Part shown: positions 34,470-46,338 of the stretch, piece by piece
How the letters are laid out: each line of letters opens with the position of its first letter
How positions within the stretch are numbered: the stretch's first letter is position 1
Origin: an uncultured Gemmatimonadaceae bacterium
Lineage (GTDB): Bacteria; Gemmatimonadota; Gemmatimonadetes; Gemmatimonadales; Gemmatimonadaceae
Assembly (NCBI GenBank): GCA_963829055.1
Contig: CAWHHI010000005.1
Span: forward strand, 192,001 to 256,000
Direction: 5' to 3'
Length of the DNA: 64,000 nt
Notes under the pieces: model-generated
The model's database searches: none
Told to the model about the DNA's origin: nothing
What the model saw: only the letters and a program-made list of their open reading frames with translations
Made by a program: the position numbers and the translations under genes

Positions 34470-35870
34470 CTACTGCAGCGACGTCGTCGTTCCCTGCGCA
34501 CTCGCCAGCGCGACGCGGGCGAGGTGATACGACGTCCGCGCATCGATCACGAGATCGCGTGCCGAGTTGAGGGACATCGACGCGGTGATGACGTCGGCGT
34601 TGCCGCTCACGCCCTGACGGAACCGCTCGCGCGCCTGCGCGACTTCCTGCTCCGCCAGCACGAGCCGCGCCTGTGCCGCCGCGACTTCCTCGCGCGCCGA
34701 CGCGACGCTGATCATCGCCGATCTCACATCCGTCTCTACCTGACGCCGGGTGTCGAGCGCCTGGACCTCGGCCTCTCGCTGGCGCGCACGCTCCTCCGCC
34801 AGCCGCGACTCGGTGCGCAGTCCGTCGAAGATCGGGAGCGACACCTGCACGCCGTACGAATACGTGCCTAACAGGCGATCGGTCTCTTTTCCGTTCGAGC
34901 CGTGGTCCGCGTAGAGCGACACAGCAGGCAGACGCTCGGCGGCCGCCGCGCGAGCATGCATCCGCGCGCCCTCACTCTGAGTGCGCGCCGCCTTGAAGTC
35001 TGCGCGCGATGCGAGCGCCGTCCGAAGGATCTCATCCTCGCGCCCCATCGCGTCGTTCGGCGACGGTGCGCGGAGTGAATCGGCAATCACGAGTGGTGCG
35101 CCGTCGGCGAGCGCCAGCTCGTGACGCAGTTGCAGCACACCGCGGTCGCGGTCTCCTCGTGTCGCGATGAGGCGCGCGCGTGCGTCGGCGAGCTGCGACT
35201 GGGCGCGCGTCACGTCGAGCGAAATCCCGACGCCGGCCTTGAGCTGCTGCTGCGCGATATCGAGCAGCTCCGCGGCGAGCGACGAATCTGCCTCGCGCGC
35301 CGCGATGCGCGCCTCGGCGCGAAGTACACGCAGATACGCGTTCGCCCCACGCTCGGCCGCGGTCTCCGCCGCGGCATCGGCGCGGTAGTGCACGGCGTCA
35401 GCGTCGGTCGCCGTCGCGCGCCAGTTGAACACGGATGGGACGTTGATCAGCTGTTGTGTGATACGCGCGCGCACGTCGATGCTGCGCACGGGACCGCGCA
35501 CCTCACCGTCGGGATCGAGCGGCGAGCCCCCGGGCGCGCTCGGAAAGTCCATCCCGAGCGATGCGGTGTTGAAGCTGCGCGTGCCGACCTGCGCGCTCGT
35601 CGAGAGGTTGGGCAGGAGCTCGGAGCGGCGCTGCGCCACGCGAGCGTCTGCCTGCGATGACCGCTCGCGCGCGGCCGCGGTGGATGCGCTACGCTCGGAC
35701 GCGATCCGTGCGGCGCCCCCGAGGGTTAGCGCGGTGGGCGTGCCCTGCGCTTCGACTGTGGTCCACGTTGCGAGCAGGCAACCCGTCGCGACGAGTGCGA
35801 CGAAGCAGACACGCGCGCCAGTGCGTCGCGGCGACGATGTGTCGGAGACGGCAGATGCTATGGAGATCAT
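34470..35870 (-). CDS. TolC family outer membrane protein
   Basis: SELLPNLS, ERLPAVSL, GVQVSLPIFDG, two OEP repeats. Confidence 0.85.
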   Translation of the reverse strand: MISIASAVSDTSSPRRTGARVCFVALVATGCLLATWTTVEAQGTPTALTLGGAARIASERSASTAAARERSSQADARVAQRRSELLPNLSTSAQVGTRSFNTASLGMDFPSAPGGSPLDPDGEVRGPVRSIDVRARITQQLINVPSVFNWRATATDADAVHYRADAAAETAAERGANAYLRVLRAEARIAAREADSSLAAELLDIAQQQLKAGVGISLDVTRAQSQLADARARLIATRGDRDRGVLQLRHELALADGAPLVIADSLRAPSPNDAMGREDEILRTALASRADFKAARTQSEGARMHARAAAAERLPAVSLYADHGSNGKETDRLLGTYSYGVQVSLPIFDGLRTESRLAEERARQREAEVQALDTRRQVETDVRSAMISVASAREEVAAAQARLVLAEQEVAQARERFRQGVSGNADVITASMSLNSARDLVIDARTSYHLARVALASAQGTTTSLQ

Positions 35871-35919
35871 TGTAGTGGTCGTGTGAAGGTCGAGTGAGCG
35901 GATCACGGCGGGGAGAAAA

Positions 35920-35934
35920 GCAACGCCGAGGCCA
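35920..35934 (-). promoter_or_regulatory. Sigma54 -24/-12 promoter TGGCCTCGGCGTTGC
   Basis: GG-N10-GC, 50 nt upstream of the TolC-family gene; near-identical to two other sites. Confidence 0.7.
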
Positions 35935-36104
35935 CGCGCGTCGCCCTGGTGCCTGACGTGTAACGCGCTGTGGATCCATGCGTTACAGGCTGGACGCGAC
36001 ACGCCGCGATGAACGTCGGGATACGAGTCGCATTGCGCTATGTCGCGAGATCGCGAGATGCCGCAACGCGGTTGGCGCGAGCGAGCGTTAGGCGCGCCAA
36101 TGAA

Positions 36105-36141
36105 AACGGGGGTCAGAGTCGAATCGACTCTGACCCCCGTT
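36105..36141. repeat. Perfect 18-1-18 palindrome (GGGGTCAGAGTC type)
   Basis: AACGGGGGTCAGAGTCGA-A-TCGACTCTGACCCCCGTT. Confidence 0.85.
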
Positions 36142-36226
36142 CGCGCCTTTCGCAGTTCACTCAGCGTCACCCAGCCACCAGCACGACCACCCAGCAACCA
36201 GCTTGCGGTTTCGCCGTTATGGAGTG

Positions 36227-37381
36227 TCAGGCAATGACTCGTTTGAATCTCCTCGTGGCCATGAACAATGTCCCCACCGACATCACCGTCAGTGTCAGGT
36301 ACTGCGGCCAGAGCTCTGCGACGCCGATGCCCTTCAGGAACACGCCGCGTACGATCTCCAGGAAGTAGCGGATCGGGTTGATCACCGTCAGCCACTGGAA
36401 GACCTTCGGCATGCTCTCGATCGGCGACATGAACCCCGAGAGCATCACCGCCGGCAACGCTACCAGAATCAGCAGCATGAACGCTTCCTGCTGCGTCCTG
36501 GACACCGTCGAGATGAGCAGGCCTAACGCCAACGCGGCGAGAATGTACAGGAGCGCCGCCAGCAACAGTGCCAGGAACGAGCCCTTCATTGGCACGCCGA
36601 ACTGGAACACCGTGAGCCCCGTGTACAGCAGCAGATGGAACAGCCCGATCAGCAGGACCGGAATCGTCTTGCCTAACATGAGCTCCGTCGGCGTGATCGG
36701 GCTGACGAGCAACTGATCGAGCGTCCCGATCTCTCGCTCGCGCACGACCGCCATAGCCGTCAGCATGAGGCAGATCATCAGGATCTGAATGCCCATGATG
36801 GCCGGGACGTTGAAGAACTTGCTCTCGAGGCTCGGATTGAACCACGCCCGCGAGCGCAGCTCCACGCCGCCCACCATCCGAATGCCGACCATCTTCGCGC
36901 CGAATCGCCCCGCGATCTGACTCGAGTACGACTGCGCGACCGTCGCCTGACTCGCGTCGGATCCGTCGAACAGCGCCTGCACCTTCGCGCCGCGACCGCT
37001 CCGCATGTCCGCCGCGAAACCCGGCGGAATCGTCAACCCCATCTGCACGTCACCCTTCGCCAGCGCCGCGACGACATCCTCGGCCCGATCCGCCCGCTTC
37101 GTGACGACGAAGTACCCGGTGGAACCATACGCGTCGATCAGCGCACGCGACTCCGCCGTCTGGTCGTGATCGACGACCATCATCGAGACGTCCTTCACGT
37201 CCGTCGTTGCCGCGTAGCCGAGCATGATCATCTGCAGGACGGGAGAGACGAAGATGATCGGGCGCGACTTCGGATCGCGGACCACCTGTTTCAGCTCCTT
37301 CCGCACCATCTGCCGCAGCCGGCCCCACGAGAACCACCGGCGAGCCGGAGCGGGAGCCGGCTTTTCGTTGGCCCGCGTCAT
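36227..37381 (-). CDS. ABC-2 permease (YbhR-like)
   Basis: KELKQVVRD, VVREREIGTLDQLLVSP, LSGFMSPIESMP. Confidence 0.9.
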   Translation of the reverse strand: MTRANEKPAPAPARRWFSWGRLRQMVRKELKQVVRDPKSRPIIFVSPVLQMIMLGYAATTDVKDVSMMVVDHDQTAESRALIDAYGSTGYFVVTKRADRAEDVVAALAKGDVQMGLTIPPGFAADMRSGRGAKVQALFDGSDASQATVAQSYSSQIAGRFGAKMVGIRMVGGVELRSRAWFNPSLESKFFNVPAIMGIQILMICLMLTAMAVVREREIGTLDQLLVSPITPTELMLGKTIPVLLIGLFHLLLYTGLTVFQFGVPMKGSFLALLLAALLYILAALALGLLISTVSRTQQEAFMLLILVALPAVMLSGFMSPIESMPKVFQWLTVINPIRYFLEIVRGVFLKGIGVAELWPQYLTLTVMSVGTLFMATRRFKRVIA

Positions 37382-38592
37382 GTGAGCTCCTTTTTGAAAT
37401 TCCTGATGCTGAGAGCGACGGTACCCGCCGCGTAGATCGAGAGGCCGAGGATCGCGGGCCACAGCACGTCGAGACCGTTGCCCTTGAGGAACACGCCGCG
37501 CGTGAACGAGACGTAGTAGCGCGCCGGCACCACGCGCGAGATCCACTGCAGCGCGGTCGGCATGTTGGTCAGCGTGTACATGAAGCCGGAGAACAACAGC
37601 GCCGGCATGTACGTCGCGAAGATCGCCGCCTGGCTCGCCAGCAGCTGCGACTTGAGCGACGTCGACAACAGCGTCCCGAGGCCGAGCACGCCGATGAGGA
37701 ACACCGTCGTACCTAACGCGAACGTCAGCAGATTGCCGCGGAACGGCACCTCGAACACGAACACGCCGACGATCAGCGCCATCGCGACGTCGATCAGTCC
37801 GATCACGAGGTATGGAAGCAGCTTTCCGAGAATGACCTCGGTCCGGCTCACGGGCGTCGCGGCGAGCTGCTCCATCGTTCCGCGCTCCCACTCACGCGCC
37901 ACGGTCAGCGACGTCAGCATGGCCGAGATGATCGACATGATCACGGCGATGAGTCCGGGGACGATCATCGCGCGACTGTCGAGCGTCTCGTTGTACCACA
38001 CGCGGCCTTCCGCCTGCACGGGCGCCGGGGGCGCCTTGGCGACGACCAACGCGTTCTGCGAGTACGTCCGCGCGATCGCGTCGGCGTAGCCGCGCGCCAC
38101 GTTAGCTGTCTTCGCATCGCTGCCGTCGAGCAACAACTCCACCGGCGCCGCGCGACCGCCCTTGAGATCCACCGAGAATCGCTCGGGAATCACGATCACG
38201 ACCCGCACCTTGGCCAGGTCGATCAGCTGCTCCACATCTTCGGCCGTCGCCGGCGTGTACTTCACCGTGAAGTAGCTCGACCCCGCGAACGCCGCCGTGA
38301 GCGCTCGGCTTTCCGGCGTGTGATCGCGGTCCACGATCGCGGTGGTGATGTGCTGGACGTCGGTGGTGATGGCGTATCCGAACAGGATCAGCATGATGAG
38401 CGGCAGCACGAACGCGAGGCCGAGACTGCGCGCGTCGCGACGGAGCTGGATCGCTTCCTTGCGCGCGATCGCCCAGAGACGGGTGATGCTGAACGACTTC
38501 GGCGCGTGCGCTTGCATCGTTTCCCACTCCGCGGTTCTGCTCGCGGGGCGCGCGGGCACCGGGAAGTCGTCGGTGATCGATATCAATGTCAT
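37378..38592 (-). CDS. ABC-2 permease (YbhS-like)
   Basis: KEAIQLRRD, VAREWERGTMEQL. Confidence 0.9.
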   Translation of the reverse strand: MTLISITDDFPVPARPASRTAEWETMQAHAPKSFSITRLWAIARKEAIQLRRDARSLGLAFVLPLIMLILFGYAITTDVQHITTAIVDRDHTPESRALTAAFAGSSYFTVKYTPATAEDVEQLIDLAKVRVVIVIPERFSVDLKGGRAAPVELLLDGSDAKTANVARGYADAIARTYSQNALVVAKAPPAPVQAEGRVWYNETLDSRAMIVPGLIAVIMSIISAMLTSLTVAREWERGTMEQLAATPVSRTEVILGKLLPYLVIGLIDVAMALIVGVFVFEVPFRGNLLTFALGTTVFLIGVLGLGTLLSTSLKSQLLASQAAIFATYMPALLFSGFMYTLTNMPTALQWISRVVPARYYVSFTRGVFLKGNGLDVLWPAILGLSIYAAGTVALSIRNFKKELT

Positions 38593-39552
38593 GAGATCAT
38601 CGCTCCGCCCGCATGCCTGACGCGGGACACGAACACGTCCTCCAGTGAGGCAGGCACGATCTCGATCGATCGGCATCGGAGGCCCGCCGCTTCTATGCGT
38701 TCACGAATGACAGTTGTCGCCTGTGCTGCTTCCTTCACCACCACGCGTAGGGCTCGGCCGAACAGGCTCGCGTCGACGATGCCGTCGGCACCCGTCAGCG
38801 TCGCTAACGGCACGCGGGGCGTTCTCGGTCTCCACGCGCAGCACGACTTCCGTCATGCTGGCGCGCATCTCGCCCGGCGTACCTAACGCGATCAGCTTGC
38901 CGCGGTTCATGAGCGCGAGCCGGTCACAGTACTCGGCTTCTTCCATGTAGTGCGTGCTGACGAACACCGTCGTGCCACCGGTCGACAGCTCGCGGATGAC
39001 CTCCCAGAACGCGCGGCGGGCGAGCGGGTCCACGCCCGACGTCGGCTCGTCCAGGAACAGCACCGGCGGTTCGTGCAGAACGGCGCAGCCGAGTGCGAGT
39101 CGCTGCTTCCAGCCTAACGGGAGATCGCCAGTCGAGCGGTTGACGTGATCGGCGAGTCCCGACATCGCGAGGACCCACGCACGACGTCGCTGGAAGCGCT
39201 CGCCGGTGACCTCACGAAGGCCCGCGGCGAACTCGATGTTTTCATCGACCGTCAGGTCGTGGTACAGCGAGAACAACTGCGACATGTAGCCGATCGCGTG
39301 CTTGATGCGGTCGCCGTCCGTCGAGACGTCGAGCCCGACGACGTGGCCCGTGCCGGCGGTCGGACGCACCAGCCCGGTCAGCATCTTGATCGTCGTCGTC
39401 TTGCCGGCGCCGTTAGGCCCGAGGAAGCCGAAGACCTCGCCGCGCCCAACGGTGAACGTCACGGCATCCACGGCGGTGAAGGCGCCGTAGCGGCGCGTCA
39501 GGCCGTCCACAGCGACGGCCATGTTGTTCGAGTGAGTTGGCTCAGTTGGCAT
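38589..39552 (-). CDS. ABC ATP-binding protein, frameshift near 38810
   Basis: GPNGAGKTT, LPLGWKQR, LFLDEPTSGVDP, STHYMEE. Confidence 0.9.
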
Positions 39553-40502
39553 TGTCGTCACCGCTGGACAGATCTATGAAGACATCCTCGAGCGACGGCT
39601 CGAGCGCCTGCATGCTGTGCACGGCGATGCCACCCCGCTCGAGTACGCCGCGAAGCTCGGTTTCCTGCCCCTGGGAGCCGAGGGTGAGGTGCAACGATTG
39701 GCCGAACATGGCCGCGCTGCGGACGCCCGACTGGGCGCGCATCAGGTCCATCGCCAGCCGTGGCGAGTCGGAATGGATCGCGATCGTGCGGCCGCGTAAG
39801 CGATCCTGCAGCGCAATCGGCGTGTCGAGCGCCGCGAGCTTCCCCTTGTTGAGCAGCGCCACGCGGTCGCAGCGCTCGGCCTCATCGAGATACGCCGTCG
39901 ACACGATCGCCGTCATGCCGTTGGCGACCATCTCGTGCACGATCAGCCACAGCTCGCGGCGCGAGATCGGGTCGACGCCGAACGTCGGCTCGTCCAGCAG
40001 CAGGACCTCCGGCTCGTGGATCAGCGCGCAGCATAACGAGAGCTTCTGCTTCATTCCCCCGGAGAGCGCGGACGCGAGTCGACCCTCGAACTGGCCGAGC
40101 TGCGAGAACGCGAACAGACGCTCGAGCCGCTTCGCGCGGGCCTTGCGCGGTACGCCGTACAGGTCCGCGTAGAACTCGAATGTTCTCGCGAACCGTGAGA
40201 TCGCCGTACAGGCCGAAGCGCTGCGACATGTAGGCGATGCGGTGCTTCACGCCTTCCGGATCCTTCACGACGCTGGTGCCCACGACCGTCGCATCGCCGC
40301 CCGTCGGACGGAGCACGCCGGCGAGGATGCGGAGCGTGGTCGTCTTGCCGGAACCGTCAGGCCCGACGATCCCGAACAGCTCCCCCGCCGCGACGTCGAA
40401 CGACAGCGCGTCGAGCGCCGTCAGATCGCCGAACGTTCGTGTGAGTCCCGTGACGGACACGGCAGGCGCTCCCGCACGTGTCGTCCGATCGTTGCGCTGC
40501 AT
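39542..40502 (-). CDS. ABC ATP-binding protein, frameshift near 40175
   Basis: GPDGSGKTT; LSGGMKQK, LLDEPTFGVDP. Confidence 0.9.
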
Positions 40503-40512
40503 GGTCGGATCC

Positions 40513-41527
40513 TCAGTGGCTCGACGCGACGACCGGCATCTCGAACCGCACGTCGGCCGGGAGCCCGGGCTTGAGATCGACGTTGGTGTCGCCAGCGACT
40601 CGGACGCGCACTTCGTACACGAGCTTCACGCGATCCTTCGTGGACTGCACGTTGCGCGGCGTGAACTCCGCGACACTCGCGATGTACGAGATCGAGCCCG
40701 TGTAATGCTTGTCGGGGTTGGCGTCGCCGGTGATGGAGGCGGGTTGGCCGAGCTTGAGACTGCCGACCTCGTCCCCGGGGATGTAGACGCGGACCCAGCG
40801 GTCGTCGAAGTTGCGGATCGTCAGCACGGGCGCGCCTGGAGACACGGCTTCGCCCGGTTCACGAATGCCTAACGGTGATCGTGCCCGAGAACGGCGCGGT
40901 GAGCTCGGTCTGCCTGAGCATTGCGTCAATGCGCTGGACGGTGGCCGTCGCCTGCGCGAGTGCGGCGCGCTGGGCGGCGATGCGCTCGCTGCGGGGGCCG
41001 ATCTCGAGGAGCTGCAGGTCTTCCTTCGCCTTGGCAACTTCGCCCTGCGATACGCTGAGCTCCGTGCGCTGGTGATCGAACGCCTGACGACTCACGAGCG
41101 ACTGCTCGGCCAGCGGCTCCAGGCGGGTGACGTCGCGCTGCGCCGCGTCGCGCTTCTCGGTCGCGACGGCGAGTACGGCGCGGGCGTGAGCGATCTCTTC
41201 ACGCCGAGCGCCCGCGAGCAACTCGGACAAACCTGCCTGCGCGGCGGCGACCTGTGCGCGCGTGATGTCCCGCTGTGCGATGAGCTCCGACTGTTCGAGG
41301 CTCGCGAGGCGGGTACCGGCGGCGACCTGGTCGCCTTCGCGCACCGTCAGGTGCTCGAGGCGGCCGGAAAGCTGAAAGCCGAGTTCAGCCTGTGTAGCCT
41401 CGACGGTGCCCGAGGCGAGGATGACGGCGCCGTCACGGTCGGCGGCCGAAGTGGTGCGGTATATGGCGAATGCGCCGATCGCGGAAAGAACGACGCCGCC
41501 AATGATGATGCGCGGTGTTTTCTGCAT
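40513..41527 (-). CDS. HlyD family periplasmic adaptor (YbhG-like), frameshift near 40865
   Basis: ASGTVEA, VREGDQV, LTAPFSG, AEFTPRNVQ, LKPGLPA. Confidence 0.88.
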
Positions 41528-41590
41528 GGGTGTGGTTCCGAAGAGAGTGCGTGCCTGACTGGGCGCTGGTGTCGTGCGCCGAGAAGGAAG

Positions 41591-41605
41591 GCAACGCCGG
41601 GACCA
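41591..41605 (-). promoter_or_regulatory. Sigma54 -24/-12 promoter TGGTCCCGGCGTTGC
   Basis: GG-N10-GC upstream of the HlyD gene; identical to 45305-45319. Confidence 0.72.
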
Positions 41606-41747
41606 CACCACGATCGAGCGTCGTCGCGATCGCGTAAGCGATTGTGCCGCTGCGGAATGGCTCGCGGATCCGGACCACGGAAATTCAGTGTGACTAGCCT
41701 GCTCCGCATCGCGGAATCTCGCAAGGTCGCGGAATCTCGCGACCGGT

Positions 41748-41875
41748 TGTCATTCCGAGCGGTTGTCATTCCGAGCGAGCGTCAGGCGAGTCGAGGAATC
41801 GCGATCTCCCGATAGAGGGCCCTCTACCGGGACGTCCGATCCCGACTCCGCCTCGCGACTTCGCTCGGAATGACA
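41748..41875. repeat. Palindromic REP/MITE-like element, copy D
   Basis: TGTCATTCCGAGCG twice, then the core, then CGCTCGGAATGACA. Confidence 0.9.
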
Positions 41876-41880
41876 GCCGG

Positions 41881-43546
<1,666 letters not shown>

Positions 43547-43547
43547 G

Positions 43548-45134
43548 TCACGAGCTCAGCTTGGCGATCCCGTGCTTCTCCATGCGCGAGCGGAGCGTGC
43601 TCGCGTTGATACCGAGCAGCGCCGCGGCGCCTCCCGGCCCGTGAATCCGGCCAGCAGCAACGTCCAGGGCGCGGCGGATTTGCGTCTGCTCGTGCTCGTC
43701 GAGCGTCACGATGCGCTCGTCGGTCACCGGCACGGCTTCCGGTACCGGCCGGTCGCCGCCGAGCGCGGTCGCGACGTCGACGACAGGCCCGCGAGCCAGA
43801 ACGCACGCCCGCTCGAGAACATTCTGAAGCTCGCGGATGTTGCCCGGCCACGCGTACTCCACGAGCGCGTGCATGCCGCTCGGCGTCACGCCGTGGAGGG
43901 GCTTCGCGAGCTTGCGCTGGAAGTGCGCCAGGAAGTGCCTAACGAGGAGCGGAATGTCTTCCGGTCGCTCGCGCAGCGGCGGAACGCGAATCGGGAACAC
44001 GTTGAGGCGGTAGTACAGATCCGAGCGGAACCGCGCGTCGGCCATCTCGACGTCCAGGTCTCGATTGGTGGCCGCGACGAGACGTGCGTCCACGCTGATC
44101 GCTCGCCCGCCACCGACACGCTCGAACTCCTGCTCCTGGAGGACACGAAGCAGCTTCACCTGCGTGTCGAGTGGCAGCTCGCCGACTTCGTCCATGAACA
44201 GCGTGCCCTTGTCGGCAAGCTCGAACCGTCCGATCCGCCGCTGCAGCGCCCCGGTGAACGCGCCGCGTTCGTGCCCGAACAGCTCACTCTCGACCATGCC
44301 CTGCGGGATCGCACCGCAATTCACCTTGATCATCGGCCGACCGGCGCGCGGGCTGAGCTCGTGGATCGCTCGCGCGATCAGCTCCTTCCCTGTCCCGGTC
44401 TCGCCCGTCAGCAGCACGGTCGTGTCTACGGCGGCGACCTGCTTCACCTTTCGCAACACGGCGCGAAGCGCGGGACTCTGTCCGACGATCTCCTCGAATC
44501 CGCGCTCGCTTCGGATCTCTTCCTGGAGATACGCGTTCTCGACCTGCAGGCGCTCCTTGTAGCGCTCCAGCTGTGCGAACAGGTGCGCGCTCTTGATGGC
44601 CATCCCCGCCTGATCGGCGAAGATGCCTAACAGCTCGAACTCCTGCGGGTCGAAGGGCCTGCGGCCGATCATCCCCATCACCCCCATCAGCTCACCGCGA
44701 AACTCGAGTGGCTGAGCACCGGCCGCGACGACTCCGGCATCGCGATAGAACTGCACGAGATCCGGCGCCGCATACCCGACGACGTCTCTCGGCAAGTCGT
44801 TCGTCAGGAACGGCTTTCGTTCACGAGCGACCTTCGTCGGAGGTGAGGGGGTGTCGAGCGACAGCGCGTGGTGATCGCGGAAGCTGCCGCGCATGTCCCC
44901 GGCGTCCGCGTGAAGGTGCAGCCGCTTCACGCCGGGTGCGGCCGTCGTCTGCGAGGTGCCCGTCGCACGGCACACGTCGCATTCGTCGTCGGTCTGATAC
45001 AGAAACACGCGCACGAACGACGCGCCCGTATGCTGCGCGAGCGACGAGGCGATCGAGTTGAGGAGTACCGGAAGCTCCGACGTCACGGCCATGTCGCGCG
45101 TGACGCGGCGCAGCATCTCGAGGGGCGCGTTCAC
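43548..45134 (-). CDS. Sigma54 enhancer-binding protein (GAF-AAA+-HTH), paralog
   Basis: [31 protein letters not shown]. Confidence 0.92.
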   Translation of the reverse strand: MNAPLEMLRRVTRDMAVTSELPVLLNSIASSLAQHTGASFVRVFLYQTDDECDVCRATGTSQTTAAPGVKRLHLHADAGDMRGSFRDHHALSLDTPSPPTKVARERKPFLTNDLPRDVVGYAAPDLVQFYRDAGVVAAGAQPLEFRGELMGVMGMIGRRPFDPQEFELLGIFADQAGMAIKSAHLFAQLERYKERLQVENAYLQEEIRSERGFEEIVGQSPALRAVLRKVKQVAAVDTTVLLTGETGTGKELIARAIHELSPRAGRPMIKVNCGAIPQGMVESELFGHERGAFTGALQRRIGRFELADKGTLFMDEVGELPLDTQVKLLRVLQEQEFERVGGGRAISVDARLVAATNRDLDVEMADARFRSDLYYRLNVFPIRVPPLRERPEDIPLLVRHFLAHFQRKLAKPLHGVTPSGMHALVEYAWPGNIRELQNVLERACVLARGPVVDVATALGGDRPVPEAVPVTDERIVTLDEHEQTQIRRALDVAAGRIHGPGGAAALLGINASTLRSRMEKHGIAKLSS

Positions 45135-45304
45135 CTGCGTTCACATACCACGGCTGTCATGAGTTACAGACTGCGAGATCTCCCAATCTCGCGACATACC
45201 ACGATCCCACAAGAGTCGAGTCGCGACCGCAGCCACTGACGGTGATCAGGCTAAGTCACGCCGGGACTTGAGGATCTGCAGTGCAGACCGCGCGCACTCC
45301 CAGT

Positions 45305-45319
45305 TGGTCCCGGCGTTGC
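45305..45319 (+). promoter_or_regulatory. Sigma54 -24/-12 promoter TGGTCCCGGCGTTGC
   Basis: Upstream of the TetR gene; identical to the HlyD site. Confidence 0.72.
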
Positions 45320-45419
45320 TTTTGACCTCGGCGCGCCTCGGTGGACCGGTGCGCCCACCGAGCCACGGGTGACGACGTGTGCCGCCCGCGCTGCGGGATT
45401 ACGCCTCAACATCGATCTT

Positions 45420-46100
45420 GTGAACGATTCGCTTGCTGTACCCGCCCTGAGGGCATCGCTGCCGGAGGACGAGCGGGCTGACCTCATCATCGCCGCCGCA
45501 CTCGTCGCGTTCGGCGAGAACGGCTACGCCGAGACAAAGCTGGCCGACATCGCGCGGTGTGCCGGCGTGTCGACATCGACCGTGCGTCGGTACTTCCACT
45601 CGAAGGACGAAATCTTCCGCGAGGTTGTGCGGACGACCCTCCTCGGCAGCCTGAGAATGCGCGACGATGCCGCCGTTCCCGCTGATGAGGCTTCGGCGGC
45701 CGATGCCGTCCGGTCCCTCGCGCGACGCTACTGGGCCACGATGGAGCGGCCCGAATTGGCCACCATTTTACGCCTTACTATCGGAGAGCTGCCGCGGTTC
45801 CCGGAGCTCGCCGTGTTTCATGCGACGGAGGCGCTCGAGCGGTTCGTGCGCACGCTCGAGCGCATCATCGAGGGTGGAATAGCGCGCGGTGAGTTGCGTG
45901 CGGTCGACGCACGCGCCACCGCGCGAACGATCCTCGCCACGCTCGCCGCGCACGCGCTCTGGTTTGCCTATCCCGGGATCTACGCCGGCATCACCGGCAC
46001 CGATCGCGAACACGCGGTCGCGACGACGATCGAGACGCTGATTCAGACGCTCGGTCCAGTCGGCTCGGGAAAGCAGCCGGCCGCGTCACATGACGGTTGA
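45420..46100 (+). CDS. TetR/AcrR family regulator
   Basis: FGENGYAETKLADIARCAGVSTSTVRRYFHSKDEIF; ELPRFPELA. Start may be 45369. Confidence 0.88.
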   Translation: MNDSLAVPALRASLPEDERADLIIAAALVAFGENGYAETKLADIARCAGVSTSTVRRYFHSKDEIFREVVRTTLLGSLRMRDDAAVPADEASAADAVRSLARRYWATMERPELATILRLTIGELPRFPELAVFHATEALERFVRTLERIIEGGIARGELRAVDARATARTILATLAAHALWFAYPGIYAGITGTDREHAVATTIETLIQTLGPVGSGKQPAASHDG

Positions 46101-46338
46101 CTTCCTCTGCCTGACAATGAGCCATGACTGCCCGATATCTGCTCCTTCGCCGCTTCTTCCGCGGTCGCTTCAGTTGTCTTCACTCTCGGTGGGTGCCACG
46201 GTATCGACCGTCGCGGCGCCATGGACCGCGCGGGGACGGTGCCGTCCGCATCGTCGCGCGCCGTTAGGCGACGATGGCGCGCGCTCCATGAGCCTGCCAT
46301 GATACTCGCTCGGGCCGTCCCCTCTTTGCCCAGCGTTC

